DNA from: an uncultured cyanobacterium
Lineage (GTDB): Bacteria > Cyanobacteriota > Cyanobacteriia > Cyanobacteriales > CAWUOF01
Length of the DNA: 64,000 nt
Direction of reading: 5' to 3'
Assembly: GCA_963744145.1 (NCBI GenBank)
Contig: CAVUSO010000001.1
Coordinates: 4,256,001 to 4,320,000 of the forward strand
Shown: positions 30,015 to 41,175 of the stretch, piece by piece
Layout: every line of letters begins with the position of its first letter
How positions within the stretch are numbered: position 1 is the stretch's first letter
The notes under the pieces: generated by a model
Databases searched by the model: none
Seen by the model: the letters and a program-made list of their open reading frames with translations, nothing else
Told to the model about the DNA's origin: nothing
Program-made: the position numbers and the translations under genes

Positions 30015-31049
30015 ATGTCATCAAAATATATGTTTCCCTTTCAATATCCAGTTCCCCAAAAAGATCCTCCGGCTCACCCGCGAGAAACTCTCCCCACCAT
30101 GTATGATCTACCCAGTGAAAACCCGGAGGAACCTGGTTTGCCCGATGAATTTCATGATTGGCAACCTCAATTTTTGAGTGCAACTTTTCGTCCCCGAAAA
30201 TATCCGATCGCGCGAGTATTTAGTGCCAGTGACATGAATCTTTACTATGATGTGCGTCATCCTTTGTGGTACAAACGACCAGATTGGTTTGGAGTCGTGG
30301 GGGTATCGAGATTGTATGATGAAGTTGATTTACGTCTTTCCTATGTGATTTGGCAAGAAGGTGTCAATCCAGTGGTCGTAGTAGAATTGCTCTCACAAGG
30401 AACGGAAAAGGAAGATTTAGGTACTAGAAATATAAAAACTTGGTCTGGAGAAGATGCTTCAGGAACAGGGAATGGAAAAGAAGGGAAACCCCCAAGCAAA
30501 TGGGAAGTATATGAGCAAGTGTTAAGAATTCCCTATTATTTTGTCTTCAGTCGTTATACTAATCAACTGCAAGCATTTCAGTTAGTCGGAGGAAAGTATC
30601 AAGCATGGGAACTAGAATCGCAAGGGAGATGGATTGAAGAATTAGGTTTAGGATTGGGTTTATGGCAAGGCGAATATCAAGGAGTAGAGCGATTATGGTT
30701 ACGTTGGTATGATCAAGAAGGTAATTGGATTCTAACAGAAGCTGAACAGGAACGTCAACGCGCTGAACAACAGGCTCAATTAGCCCAACAAGAGCATCTG
30801 AGAGCTGAACAACAGGCTCAATTAGCTCAACAAGAGCGTCTGAGAGCTGAACAACAGGCTCAATTAGCTCAACAAGAGCGTCTGAGAGCTGAACAACAGG
30901 CTCAATTAGCCCAACAAGAGCATCTGAGAGCTGAACAACAGGCTCAATTAGCCCAACAAGAGCGTCTGAGGGCTGAACAACAAGACCAACAATATCAAGA
31001 TTTGTTGCGAAAATTGCAAGAAAAAGGCATTAATATAGAAGACCTATAA
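30015..31049 (+). CDS. Uma2 family protein with a C-terminal 14-aa coiled-coil repeat
   Basis: LPTMYDLPSENPEEPGLPDEFH, RPDWFGV, VVVELLS; AEQQAQLAQQERLR about 5 times (42-bp repeat, 30762-30980). Confidence 0.9.
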   Translation: MSSKYMFPFQYPVPQKDPPAHPRETLPTMYDLPSENPEEPGLPDEFHDWQPQFLSATFRPRKYPIARVFSASDMNLYYDVRHPLWYKRPDWFGVVGVSRLYDEVDLRLSYVIWQEGVNPVVVVELLSQGTEKEDLGTRNIKTWSGEDASGTGNGKEGKPPSKWEVYEQVLRIPYYFVFSRYTNQLQAFQLVGGKYQAWELESQGRWIEELGLGLGLWQGEYQGVERLWLRWYDQEGNWILTEAEQERQRAEQQAQLAQQEHLRAEQQAQLAQQERLRAEQQAQLAQQERLRAEQQAQLAQQEHLRAEQQAQLAQQERLRAEQQDQQYQDLLRKLQEKGINIEDL

Positions 31050-31113
31050 AATTCAGCAAGCTAGGCAAATTGCGATCGCGATCAATTTCGAGATTAGCGA
31101 TCGCGAATAATTA

Positions 31114-33312
31114 TTAGCTATCTTCGTCTTCTTCTCCAGTATTAATGGATGGTGAGCGTTGGAAGGTAAAGGTAAAAGTATCTCCACTCGCAATTACTCG
31201 TCGGATTTCATCATAGAAAGGATAATTACCAATCCCGCTTAAATAAGCCCAACCGCGCGATCGCGTCAATCCGATAAATAACTGATTACGTAAACTGGGA
31301 TTACCTTCATCTTTAGCTACATGATCGCACCCAATTACATAAACTATATTGGCTTCATTTCCTTTAGCGCGGGGAGGACGGGATATAGTTACTCCTCCCT
31401 GATACCAAAAACGATCAGGATCATTTTCCGGATATTTAGGGTTAAGTTGATTCAAACGTATGGCACTAGGAATATAGATTTTAATTCCTGACTCCATTAA
31501 AAACTTACCCACTTCATTTTCTAAGTTGAGTGCATCTAATCGAGTTCCTAAAACCACTACCAAAATATCTTGACTTGGTTTTAATTCATCATATTGAAGA
31601 TTATATTTAATCTTCTCAACCACCGCAGCTAATTCCTCAGCTCGAGAGTTATAAGTGGTAAACTCTAATAAAGGTTCATCCCAATATTTGGGAATTGGAT
31701 TAGGAGAATTTTCTGGGGGTCGTTGCAAAATAATTTGTTGTCCAGGAGGAGAAAAACTACCTTTAATCACTTTATAACCAATTGCATCCCAACTTTTTTG
31801 ATTGGTTAATCCAGCTACCATTCCATTTGGACGTAATAATCCCATCCCGATCGCATGAGCCGCAGTTAAGATTGTCCCAGGAGTACGATAACAGCGTTGG
31901 ATGATCTCACTTTTTTTAATGTTCCCTTTATGTCTCCCTGTCACTAATTTAGTTAAGCGATCGCCAAACAATTCTTTAGCCATCGGAATTTTGGTACTAT
32001 CTAAGGATTGGGCTTCATCATAAGCCCAAATTAAACGTCTTTGTTCAGGATTTTCTGGATCGATCGGACGTAAAGATTCATACATCATCCAATAGATTGC
32101 TTGCTTATATTCCCCATTATCTTCATACTTAAACTCATCGTCGGTGACTAAATCTTGTCCCTCATCAACGAGAATAGCATCAAAAATCGGTTGCAGGTAA
32201 TTTTCCGACAATAACTGATTGCAGATTTGGGCTAATTCTTCACTTGGTTTTCTCCGGGACACACTGTTAATACCCAGAGGAGCAATTCCATTAACTTGAC
32301 AAATAGTTTGATAAAAACCAGGTCGCGCTTTTCCACCCCAAGCGTGTAATATTTTGAGGTGGTTTTTTACTTGCTGATCATAGGAAACATCCCCATTACT
32401 AAAACGTCTTAACCAGCGATCAATTAATGTTTCAATTTGAGGATAAAGCGATCGACTAAAAAAGATAAAAGCGATCTCCCAATCAGGATGCTTTAAATAC
32501 ATCATTGCGGCTTTTTGACATAGCAAGATGGTTTTTCCTGAACCAGCAATACCGCGAATTCGTTGGGCACCGGGAGGAATTTGTTTAGCAATTTCTTCTT
32601 GCTGTAAATCTACCTCATATAGCCATTCTTGTAAATTACTAATAATGCTACCACGAGTCTTTCTTTGACTAGTGGTAGTGGTGTGAGTAAATTTACGCAG
32701 AGCTGGAGTCCCACTGATTACTGCTTGCAATATTTTCCATTGTTCCTCATCTAAGTCTTCTCCGCTCACCGCAGGAACTGATTGTTGAATTTGCTGTAAT
32801 AAAGTGCTAGGATGAAGCTGGTTTTGGAAGATGATCGGTAACAAATTGGGAATTTGATCAAAACCTCTTTGTTGCCATTGTTCTGTGGTGATCAAAGGAA
32901 GTACAATCAGAGCGCGTCCCGTAATTTTACGGAAAATATTTTTTTCGCGATCGCAATATCCTAACAATGCTTGTAGTTGAGATTTACCACTTTCTCCCGG
33001 ATGAGCAAAGATGAGTTGATCATGATCTAATTGCCATTGTCCATCATTAATTGCGATAATTTGGTCGATCGTCAGCTGCGATATTTCGAGAATAACTAAA
33101 CCTAATTCTTGATCAGCTATTACCACATCCGGTTCTCTGCGGACTTCTCCCAGTTTAAAAAAAAGCGGGTAACGCCAATAACCGATACACTCGCGATCGC
33201 TAAAAGCATTTTTGACCAGATCCCAAACCTTCTGTTCACAATTTTTACCACTCTCCGGAATTGGTTCAGTGATGATAAATTTGCGAATTTTATCTTTAAT
33301 CGAAACAGACAT
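31114..33312 (-). CDS. Superfamily I DNA/RNA helicase with N-terminal nuclease-like (NERD-type) domain
   Basis: EPDVVI..LVILE; GIAGSGKT; ILVDEGQD; YDEAQS; YRTP; AKGNE; LFIGLTRSR. Confidence 0.85.
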   Translation of the reverse strand: MSVSIKDKIRKFIITEPIPESGKNCEQKVWDLVKNAFSDRECIGYWRYPLFFKLGEVRREPDVVIADQELGLVILEISQLTIDQIIAINDGQWQLDHDQLIFAHPGESGKSQLQALLGYCDREKNIFRKITGRALIVLPLITTEQWQQRGFDQIPNLLPIIFQNQLHPSTLLQQIQQSVPAVSGEDLDEEQWKILQAVISGTPALRKFTHTTTTSQRKTRGSIISNLQEWLYEVDLQQEEIAKQIPPGAQRIRGIAGSGKTILLCQKAAMMYLKHPDWEIAFIFFSRSLYPQIETLIDRWLRRFSNGDVSYDQQVKNHLKILHAWGGKARPGFYQTICQVNGIAPLGINSVSRRKPSEELAQICNQLLSENYLQPIFDAILVDEGQDLVTDDEFKYEDNGEYKQAIYWMMYESLRPIDPENPEQRRLIWAYDEAQSLDSTKIPMAKELFGDRLTKLVTGRHKGNIKKSEIIQRCYRTPGTILTAAHAIGMGLLRPNGMVAGLTNQKSWDAIGYKVIKGSFSPPGQQIILQRPPENSPNPIPKYWDEPLLEFTTYNSRAEELAAVVEKIKYNLQYDELKPSQDILVVVLGTRLDALNLENEVGKFLMESGIKIYIPSAIRLNQLNPKYPENDPDRFWYQGGVTISRPPRAKGNEANIVYVIGCDHVAKDEGNPSLRNQLFIGLTRSRGWAYLSGIGNYPFYDEIRRVIASGDTFTFTFQRSPSINTGEEDEDS

Positions 33313-33484
33313 AATCACTACCCTAAAAAACAGTGGGGTGAATTTAAAAGAATAATTTTTTTTTGTCAATCCCCTATTGATTAATTTTCCAGATACAATT
33401 AATTTAAAATATTAACAAAAGTTATCATAGAAACCGGATTTCCCTGATCTTGAATTTTAGATAAATGGAGCGCGATCGCTGCAA

Positions 33485-33521
33485 GTTTCAATCCCTGAAA
33501 GGGATTCAGTGTCATTGCGAC
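33485..33521 (-). CRISPR. Single orphan 37-bp CRISPR-type repeat with probable leader; no spacers
   Basis: GTCGCAATGACACTGAATCCCTTTCAGGGATTGAAAC with AATCCCT/AGGGATT hairpin and 3' ATTGAAAC; leader-like sequence at 33522-33660. Confidence 0.65.
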
Positions 33522-33992
33522 TGCGGTAGTTTGGAGGTCTTGATATATATGACCATGAGACTTCTATTCGAGTGGTCCAAGCAGCGAGAGATTTTCCAAA
33601 TTCTTAATAGCTGTTTTCGGGAGGGATATTTTTCAGGGACTATTTTCTGTAATCATACCAGATCTGGTTAATGTTGTTTAGCCGTTTGATTGATTTAGGT
33701 GAGGAAAACCGTCTCTGTTCGTCATTGGCAGAAAAAATAAATTGAGGTTAATTATGATTAGACCTAGAAACACACCTGACTACCTTAGAAAAGACTGATA
33801 TCTTAGGGGGCAGATTGATCCTTAACCTAGTTTTGTCAAAAAAAAACCAAATTTCCCGAACATTTTGTTAATTTTTATGAAAGGATATGCGATCGGGTGC
33901 AAATTCTTCAAAAATTTTTGAGGAAAAATAGCATCATAATGCCAAGATTCTTCTAGCCTTATGGTAATTTTCAGACAGTTCGAGGCTGATCA

Positions 33993-35474
33993 ATGACTGC
34001 TGTGCCCTTGTCCAGACCAACCCCACAACCTGCTGATTCTAACAGTAGAAATCCCACTGCTGATGCCACACCTGTTTTTGCCCTCAAAGAACTGGTGGCT
34101 CGATTACAGCGGGAACAACACAAAATTCAAGATTTACTTAGTTCCTTGGGATTTGCTCTCCGGAGCTTTAACAATTTGAATCAGTTTTTAGAACTGATTC
34201 CTTTAATTGCCAGTCGCGTTACGGATGCTGATGGTGGTGCTTTGGTGTCTTTGAAAAATGGTCAAGTCAAACTTGAACAAGTTCATTGCCAAAATGGTCA
34301 TTCCTGTCAAGATATTCGTCAAGTGTTAGAAAAGGCTACCAGTGAAATTAAACTGTCCTTACTAAAGTCATCTGTTCGTTCTCAGCCTATCACTAAACTA
34401 AATCCTAAAAGTGCTAGTATTTCAGCCCAAAAACTTGGCTCAGTTGAGGAGACCTGTCTAGGAGCTTTAGATCAACAAATATCCTGGAATTTGGGCTCAG
34501 ATATTCAGGTTTTTGGGACTCCGATTCTGATTAAAAATATCGAAAGAGGTCGGTTGTATGTATTTAGTCGCGCTCCAGAATATAACTGGACAGAAACTCG
34601 TCAGAAATTAATTCGCTTAATCGCTGACCAAACTGCTGTCGCGATCGAAAATGATGAATTGACCGTAGAACTTCGGAAAAAAGAACGTTTAGATCGGGAG
34701 TTAGAAATTGGGGCAGAAATTCAATTACGCTTGTTCCCTCGTCAATGTCCGCAAATTAAAGGGATTGAATTAGCAGCTTTGTGTCAACCTGCTAATCGAG
34801 TCGGTGGTGATTATTACGATTTTATTCCTACTAATCATCAATCGATCCGTCACAAACATTCTGAAGAAAGTCAGGTCGATCGCTGGGGAGTTGTGATTGG
34901 AGATGTGATGGGTAAAGGTGTTCCTGCTGGTTTAATTATGACCATGACTAGGGGAATGCTGCGAGCGGAAGTATTAAATGGTCACCCACCAGCTCGCATT
35001 TTGCAACATTTGAATCGGGCAATGTATGCTGATTTGGAGAATTCCCATCGGTTTGTAACTTTGTTTTATTCAGAATATGATCCGGTTAGTCGGATTTTGT
35101 CCTATAGTAATGCAGCTCATAATCCACCTTTATTATGGCAAGCTCATTCCCAGTCAATTAAACGTTTAGATACTTTAGGAATGTTGATTGGCTTAGACTC
35201 AGATACCCGCTACCAAGATGCTCAAATTCAACTTGAACCAGGAGATACAATTATTTATTATACCGATGGATTTACTGAAGCGGCTAGTCAAACTGGCGAT
35301 CGCTTTGATGAGGAAAATTTGACCAAAGCCTTTTTATGGGCTTGTCATCATTGTCGCGACTCTCAAGAGATTTTAGAATATTTGTTTGACCAAGTTCAAC
35401 AGTTTATTGGTCTGGGGAACCGTAATGGGGATGATATGACCCTAATTGTCATGAAAATTAACAATAGCGATTAG
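33993..35474 (+). CDS. GAF + PP2C (SpoIIE/RsbU-type) protein phosphatase
   Basis: VGGDYYD, IGDVMGKG, YTDGFTEA, GDDMT. Confidence 0.92.
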   Translation: MTAVPLSRPTPQPADSNSRNPTADATPVFALKELVARLQREQHKIQDLLSSLGFALRSFNNLNQFLELIPLIASRVTDADGGALVSLKNGQVKLEQVHCQNGHSCQDIRQVLEKATSEIKLSLLKSSVRSQPITKLNPKSASISAQKLGSVEETCLGALDQQISWNLGSDIQVFGTPILIKNIERGRLYVFSRAPEYNWTETRQKLIRLIADQTAVAIENDELTVELRKKERLDRELEIGAEIQLRLFPRQCPQIKGIELAALCQPANRVGGDYYDFIPTNHQSIRHKHSEESQVDRWGVVIGDVMGKGVPAGLIMTMTRGMLRAEVLNGHPPARILQHLNRAMYADLENSHRFVTLFYSEYDPVSRILSYSNAAHNPPLLWQAHSQSIKRLDTLGMLIGLDSDTRYQDAQIQLEPGDTIIYYTDGFTEAASQTGDRFDEENLTKAFLWACHHCRDSQEILEYLFDQVQQFIGLGNRNGDDMTLIVMKINNSD

Positions 35475-35512
35475 AAATGTTGCAGACCAAAGACCGCTGG
35501 CAAAAATAACTA

Positions 35513-35533
35513 GGACAGTCATTTTGACTGTCC
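35513..35533. terminator. Hairpin between convergent genes
   Basis: GGACAGTCA-ttt-TGACTGTCC. Confidence 0.55.
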
Positions 35534-35550
35534 CATCAAATGACAAAAAA

Positions 35551-36882
35551 CTATTGGGCATAGATAAAGGTATTATCCCAAACGTAATCTATAATCTTTT
35601 TCGCTTCATCGAGTGATGGAACTAGGCAATGCCCATCACGATCGTAAGTTAGCATAGATACTTCTTCCGGACTAGCTTCATCTGTACCATCCTTGATGAT
35701 TTTACCAGTTATACTTTGTAAATTGCCCAAAGGACCATTAATATCAAAGTCAATTTTTGTGCCTAACTTGCTTTCCATCCATGTTTCAATTTGGTTATCT
35801 AATTGTTCTGGAGTCAAGGGTGTTTTGCTAGTCATTAGGTGATAATAAACCAGGATAATTTCTTTACATTCTTCCTCTTCTGCGGCATCAATTAAGGAAC
35901 CAAAAACACTAGCATTATTAGCTAAATTTCGGAAGAAAAGAGTATCGGACACTTTTTTTTGAAATTTGATTTTCTTGTAATTGTAGTTGGTGTATTGTCT
36001 GACACCTACTCCACCCAATGTGACTACCAAGGACAATGCTGCTACCAATATGGGCATAATATTCTGGACATTTTCTTCGCTGATATTTGTGTTGAGGAAA
36101 TTAAGATTTCCGAAAAATATAAACAAGATCACTCCGAGAATGAGTAAAAGTTGTGGTAAAATTTTCACCACTACTGAAATACCTGCCCCCACAGCAGGAA
36201 TGAACAGAAAAAGACGATCTTTCCATGTCATGCTGATTTTGATATTGGGAAACAAGAATTCCAAGTCAAATTTGGGAATATTTTTGTAGAAGTAGATATA
36301 TATTTTCCCTGGCACAAAATTGAGCTTCTCGATTTTTGCCTTTTTTGACTCAAAATAAGTAGCATCTTTGAACTTAAGTAACAATACTACTCTTTCAAAA
36401 GTGTCAATCGTCTTTTCTACTTGTTTCAAAAGTTTCTTGATAGCAGCTTTCTTCTGACTATCTCCTTGATAGTAGCAAATAATCCGGTCATAGTCATTAA
36501 AATCAATGTTTGTCTTGAGTTCAAGTAACGAGTTTTCTTCCAAGGCCCGTTGTAACATTTCTTCAGGTAAGCGGATATAATTTGCTCTTTCCATTAGGGT
36601 TTCAAAAGTGGAAACTACTTTTGCTTCCATCTGAGCTTGCTGTTCTGGGGTAGGTAAAACTCTTAACTTGGTATCAGAATCTGGATTAAAGGGAAAAAAG
36701 TTGTCCTTTAAAATTTCTAGAGTCTGATGTAACTGAAAATGGTAATAAGCGGCTAATATTTCGCAGAAATCCCGAAACTTTTGGACATCTGCGTCAGCTA
36801 ATTGGTTATCTTGAACACAGATTTCGATCAGATCGGAGCGACGATAGGGGATAAAAGCTTCGCGGTCTTGATAAACTGCCAT
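35551..36882 (-). CDS. TMEM143/DUF3754 family membrane protein
   Basis: REAFIPY, YKNIPKFDLEFLFPN, two TM segments, AEEEECKEIILVYY. Confidence 0.85.
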   Translation of the reverse strand: MAVYQDREAFIPYRRSDLIEICVQDNQLADADVQKFRDFCEILAAYYHFQLHQTLEILKDNFFPFNPDSDTKLRVLPTPEQQAQMEAKVVSTFETLMERANYIRLPEEMLQRALEENSLLELKTNIDFNDYDRIICYYQGDSQKKAAIKKLLKQVEKTIDTFERVVLLLKFKDATYFESKKAKIEKLNFVPGKIYIYFYKNIPKFDLEFLFPNIKISMTWKDRLFLFIPAVGAGISVVVKILPQLLLILGVILFIFFGNLNFLNTNISEENVQNIMPILVAALSLVVTLGGVGVRQYTNYNYKKIKFQKKVSDTLFFRNLANNASVFGSLIDAAEEEECKEIILVYYHLMTSKTPLTPEQLDNQIETWMESKLGTKIDFDINGPLGNLQSITGKIIKDGTDEASPEEVSMLTYDRDGHCLVPSLDEAKKIIDYVWDNTFIYAQ

Positions 36883-37110
36883 AATACTTAATCTGTGAAT
36901 AGGAAGAATTGAAAAATTGTTGTAGTTGTTAGCATAAACAATTATGGATACCAAAAATAGTGATTTTTTGGCCCAGAATGGCGATCGCTACCTAAAACCT
37001 GTCCCAAAAACTTGCACCTCAGATTCGTGACGGCGATTTTACTTCCTTAGAAGTAATTGTAGAATTTTCAATTTCCCTAGGTATAATCTATGATTTTTTT
37101 AGAGAAAATA

Positions 37111-37333
37111 TAGAATTTTCTATAGGTGAGCATAGAATTTTCTATAGGTGAGCATAGAATTTTCTATAGGTGAGCATAGAATTTTCTATAGGTGAGCATA
37201 GAATTTTCTACAGGTGGACATGCAATTCCTTATAGATGAGCGTAGAATTTTCTATAGGTGACCGTAGAATTTTCTACAGGTGAGCGTAGAATTTTCTATA
37301 GGTGAGCGTAGAATTTTCTACAGGTGAGCGTAG
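37111..37333 (+). repeat. Ten tandem 22-bp units TAGAATTTTCTA(T/C)AGGTGAGC(A/G)
   Basis: Counted directly; unit 6 is degenerate; no spacers. Confidence 0.95.
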
Positions 37334-37413
37334 TTCCAAACAAGGTCTCCTGGAAGGTTAGATGATTTTATCTATGCTGTGGCCGAACCAATATTTTATT
37401 TGAGGAAAAAATA

Positions 37414-37665
37414 ATGGTAATCAGTAACTTAATTGGGAACATAATAGCTGGGGGCACCAGCATAATTCATCTGAGCGACTCTGTCCCAATGTTAGTCTGG
37501 AAGATATTCCTGAATGGTTCGTTGTTAGCCCAACATGTTGATGTCGATTTGTGGGCAGATGTCCAAAATTCCTTTAATAATTTTGTCCAAAGTGGCCAAA
37601 TCTGGGCGATGCTAGTTGGTTTCTTTTTAGGATATTTTATCCGAGGTATGTATACCATCGGTTAA
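37414..37665 (+). CDS. Small conserved-looking membrane protein
   Basis: FNNFVQSGQIWAMLVGFFLGY; GAGG RBS. Confidence 0.7.
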   Translation: MVISNLIGNIIAGGTSIIHLSDSVPMLVWKIFLNGSLLAQHVDVDLWADVQNSFNNFVQSGQIWAMLVGFFLGYFIRGMYTIG

Positions 37666-37726
37666 TTAGGTAATGAGAACCATTACCATTGAGGATGGGA
37701 TCAGGTAATCTTAAAACATAGCAACT

Positions 37727-39115
37727 GTGACTGAAAAAAAAACTTGGAGTCAAAGGTTTGAAACGGTGCTACATCCCGCGATCGCCCGTTTCAATGCGAG
37801 TATTAGTTTTGATCTAGAATTAATTGAGTATGATCTGACTGGCTCAATCGCCCATGCTCAGATGTTAGCCAAAACAGGGATTATTTCCCCGGAAGAAGGA
37901 AATCAGTTAGTTGCAGGATTAGAACAAATTCGTCAAGAATATCGGTCTGGACAGTTTCAGCCAGGAGTAGATGCGGAAGATGTCCATTTTGCGGTAGAAA
38001 AGAGATTAACCGAAATAGTCGGTGATGCTGGAAAAAAACTCCATACTGCTCGATCGCGCAATGATCAAGTTGGAACAGATACCCGGTTGTATTTGCGTGA
38101 TCAAATTGAACAAATTCGGGCTGGGTTGCGAGAATTTCAACGTGTTTTATTGCAACTCGCTGAACAAAATGTGGAGACTTTAATTCCTGGATATACTCAC
38201 TTACAACGGGCACAACCAGTAAGTCTAGCACATCATTTATTAGCTTATTGGGAAATGGCTAATCGGGATTGGGAAAGATTAGCAGATGTTTCTCGTCGCG
38301 TGAATATTTCTCCTCTAGGTTGTGGTGCTTTAGCAGGAACTACTTTCCCGATCGATAGACATTTTACAGCAGAAAAGTTAGGTTTTGCCGCTCCCTATCC
38401 TAATAGTTTAGATGGGGTCAGCGATCGGGATTTTGCCATTGAATTTCTCGGTGCTGCTAGTTTAATTATGGTTCATTTGAGCCGCTTGTCAGAGGAAATT
38501 ATTCTGTGGAGTTCTCACGAATTTGGTTTTGTGACTCTCACGGATAGTTGTGCGACTGGTTCAAGTATTATGCCGCAAAAGAAAAATCCTGACGTACCGG
38601 AGTTAGTGAGAGGAAAAACTGGTCGTGTGTTTGGTCATTTGCAAGGGATGTTAGTGTTAATGAAAGGTCTACCATTAGCTTATAACAAAGACTTGCAAGA
38701 AGACAAAGAAGCTTTGTTTGATAGTGTAAAAACAGTCAAAGCTTGTTTGGAAGCAATGACAATTTTAATGGAAGAAGGGATAGAATTTCGCAGCGATCGC
38801 TTGCTCAACGCGGTGAATGAAGACTTTTCTAATGCTACCGATGTGGCTGATTATTTAGCAACTAAAGGAGTTCCGTTTCGGGAAGCTTATAATTTGGTTG
38901 GTAAAGTAGTTAAGACCAGTTTAGCACAAGGGAAGTTACTCAAAGACCTTACTTTAGCAGAATGGCAAGCATTACATCCAGCTTTTGCTGAAGATATCTA
39001 TGCAGCGATCGCACCTCGTCAAGTAGTTTCTGCTCGAAATAGCTATGGTGGAACTGGGTTTGACCAAGTCCGAATTGCTTTACAATTTGCTAAAGAGCGA
39101 ATGCAATTGTCCTAG
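37727..39115 (+). CDS. argH: Argininosuccinate lyase
   Basis: [33 protein letters not shown]. Confidence 0.98.
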   Translation: MTEKKTWSQRFETVLHPAIARFNASISFDLELIEYDLTGSIAHAQMLAKTGIISPEEGNQLVAGLEQIRQEYRSGQFQPGVDAEDVHFAVEKRLTEIVGDAGKKLHTARSRNDQVGTDTRLYLRDQIEQIRAGLREFQRVLLQLAEQNVETLIPGYTHLQRAQPVSLAHHLLAYWEMANRDWERLADVSRRVNISPLGCGALAGTTFPIDRHFTAEKLGFAAPYPNSLDGVSDRDFAIEFLGAASLIMVHLSRLSEEIILWSSHEFGFVTLTDSCATGSSIMPQKKNPDVPELVRGKTGRVFGHLQGMLVLMKGLPLAYNKDLQEDKEALFDSVKTVKACLEAMTILMEEGIEFRSDRLLNAVNEDFSNATDVADYLATKGVPFREAYNLVGKVVKTSLAQGKLLKDLTLAEWQALHPAFAEDIYAAIAPRQVVSARNSYGGTGFDQVRIALQFAKERMQLS

Positions 39116-39377
39116 TTAAGCCCGATACTTAAATTAATTAGATTAGCGATCGCTATCCTAGACAAAACCAAGACCGCGGGCATTTTGGCATCGCGATCGC
39201 TCTTTCTACTGATGTCCCTATATTATTCTCTGATGAAGGTTTGAAATATTTCTAACTTTTTGCCGGCTATGCTGGTTTTATTGGAAATTGGGAGGGATCG
39301 CTTGCTCAAGCGTAGACTTTTGATATTGGGACTCTGGTTATTCTAAAGGCGATCGCCACCTCACCCCGTTTAAATTT

Positions 39378-39620
39378 ATGCTGAAACAAATCTTGACCTT
39401 AATTTTGGTACTGGTAGCAATTACGGCAACTCTATTGTTTTTTGATATTGGCCAATTACAAGCCGCCCAAGATTGCAATAAGTCTTACCCAGATGTCTGT
39501 ATTCCTTCACCTCCTCCTGATTTGGATTGTAAGGACATAAGTTATCGCAATTTTAAGGTTTTACCTCCTGACCCACACAAGTTCGATCGGGATAAAGATG
39601 GTGTTGGTTGTGAGCGGTAG
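39378..39620 (+). CDS. Secreted Excalibur-like Ca-binding protein
   Basis: Signal peptide; CIPSPPPDLDC...DPHKFDRDKDGVGCE. Confidence 0.8.
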   Translation: MLKQILTLILVLVAITATLLFFDIGQLQAAQDCNKSYPDVCIPSPPPDLDCKDISYRNFKVLPPDPHKFDRDKDGVGCER

Positions 39621-39768
39621 TTTTGAGATGGGGCGATCGCTATTGTCCCACACACATTAACCCTAATTTTGGTATTAAAAAGCATACATATAGGATAAGA
39701 CATGAGCTAGAATAAATCAGAATGTCTGAAGTGTAAAGAATTAATCTATTACCAATAGCATCTTCACT

Positions 39769-41175
39769 CTAGTTTATACTCAAGGAAGGAAAACGAGGCA
39801 TCATGCAGTAGGGACAATCTAACCATTCTAGTTGCAATCCTGCATCACAACCTTGACAGGTAAGATAGTTTTTTCGTTTAGCTTTGAGTTCTGCTTCTAA
39901 TCCAGAATCCATAAATGCAACTCGTTCTAATTCTTCAAAGGTAGTATAACCTTGGCGGACTAGGTTTAAACTGTAAGCCAGTAAGGAAACCATCCCTTCT
40001 TCTACTGCCGCTTCTTTAATCCGCTCTGTATTTGCGCCTTGGACAATTAAGGCTTTTATTCTTTCTGTTACTTTGAGGAATTCATAGACTCCCACGCGAC
40101 CATCGTACCCGCTCCCATGACATTTTTCACAAAGTTTATCTCCCATTTCCTGGCGCTGATTACCATGGATAGTATTAGCCTTATAGAAAACTATATCTAC
40201 TTCCTGAGAAGCAGATAGACCATAACGGGCTAATTCTTCTAGAGTGGGATTATAAGCAATTCGACAGCGATCGCAAACTCGACGAACTAGACGTTGGGCT
40301 AATATACCCAGCAAAGTCCCAGACACCATGAAGGGTTCACACCCCATTTCGTCTAAACGTGCGATCACACCGACAGCATGATTATTATAGAAAGCAGTTA
40401 AAACTAAGTTTCCCCTTAATGCTGCTTCTAATGCAGTTTTAGCTGTTTCCCGATCTCGTGTTTCTCCCACTAGGATGATATCTGGTCTTTGTCCTAAAAC
40501 AGCCCGGAGAAGAACATAGGAGGTTAAGTGTTTATCACGTATCACTTGACATTGATTAATCCCTGGTAAAGCCAATTCTATTGGGTCTTCAATAGTAATG
40601 ATATTAATTCCTGGCTCATTGCGTTCGGCTAGGATCGAATACAAAGTGCTTGATTTTCCTGATCCGCTTGGTCCTGTTACTATAATTAATCCGGAGGGAT
40701 GACTAGCTGCTTCTCTTACCAGGGCTAAAGTATCAGGATCTGTAATTAAATTATCTAAACCTATTGGGGGAATCGATTTATCGAGAATTTTTAGACAAAT
40801 TCTTTCCCCATAAAGACTAGGTAAACTATCAACCAGAAAGTCTACTATACGTCCTTGAAAAGTACGACGAATCCGACTAAATTGCGGTTGTCGTTGTTCC
40901 GCAATATCCATGTCGGAGATAAATTTAAACCGGGCGGTAATAGCTGGGACTACTTTTTTAGGTAATTGAAAATATTCTTGCAGTACCCCATCTTTCCGCA
41001 TCCGAATCCGCATAAATTCTTCTTGTGGTTCCACATGAATTTCCGAAACTTTTTCTACTAAAGCTTTAGCTAATATTTTGTTAACTGCATCAATAATTAA
41101 TGTGGAAGAAGCTTCTGACTTCGATAGGAGGGCGTCATTATCATCGCCAAAATCATTGCCTAAAGTAGATATCAT
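39769..41175 (-). CDS. GspE/PilB family ATPase paralogue, N-terminally short
   Basis: TGPSGSGKS, TIEDPIE, PDIILVGETRD, AQRLVRRVC, GYDGRVGVYE, C-terminal CxxC...CPYC. Confidence 0.88.
   Translation of the reverse strand: MISTLGNDFGDDNDALLSKSEASSTLIIDAVNKILAKALVEKVSEIHVEPQEEFMRIRMRKDGVLQEYFQLPKKVVPAITARFKFISDMDIAEQRQPQFSRIRRTFQGRIVDFLVDSLPSLYGERICLKILDKSIPPIGLDNLITDPDTLALVREAASHPSGLIIVTGPSGSGKSSTLYSILAERNEPGINIITIEDPIELALPGINQCQVIRDKHLTSYVLLRAVLGQRPDIILVGETRDRETAKTALEAALRGNLVLTAFYNNHAVGVIARLDEMGCEPFMVSGTLLGILAQRLVRRVCDRCRIAYNPTLEELARYGLSASQEVDIVFYKANTIHGNQRQEMGDKLCEKCHGSGYDGRVGVYEFLKVTERIKALIVQGANTERIKEAAVEEGMVSLLAYSLNLVRQGYTTFEELERVAFMDSGLEAELKAKRKNYLTCQGCDAGLQLEWLDCPYCMMPRFPSLSIN

Noticed and set aside
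33465..33671. 68-aa ORF
   Set aside because: Reads through the CRISPR-like repeat and leader; no protein features
37111..37333. CRISPR array
   Set aside because: Units abut directly with no unique spacers
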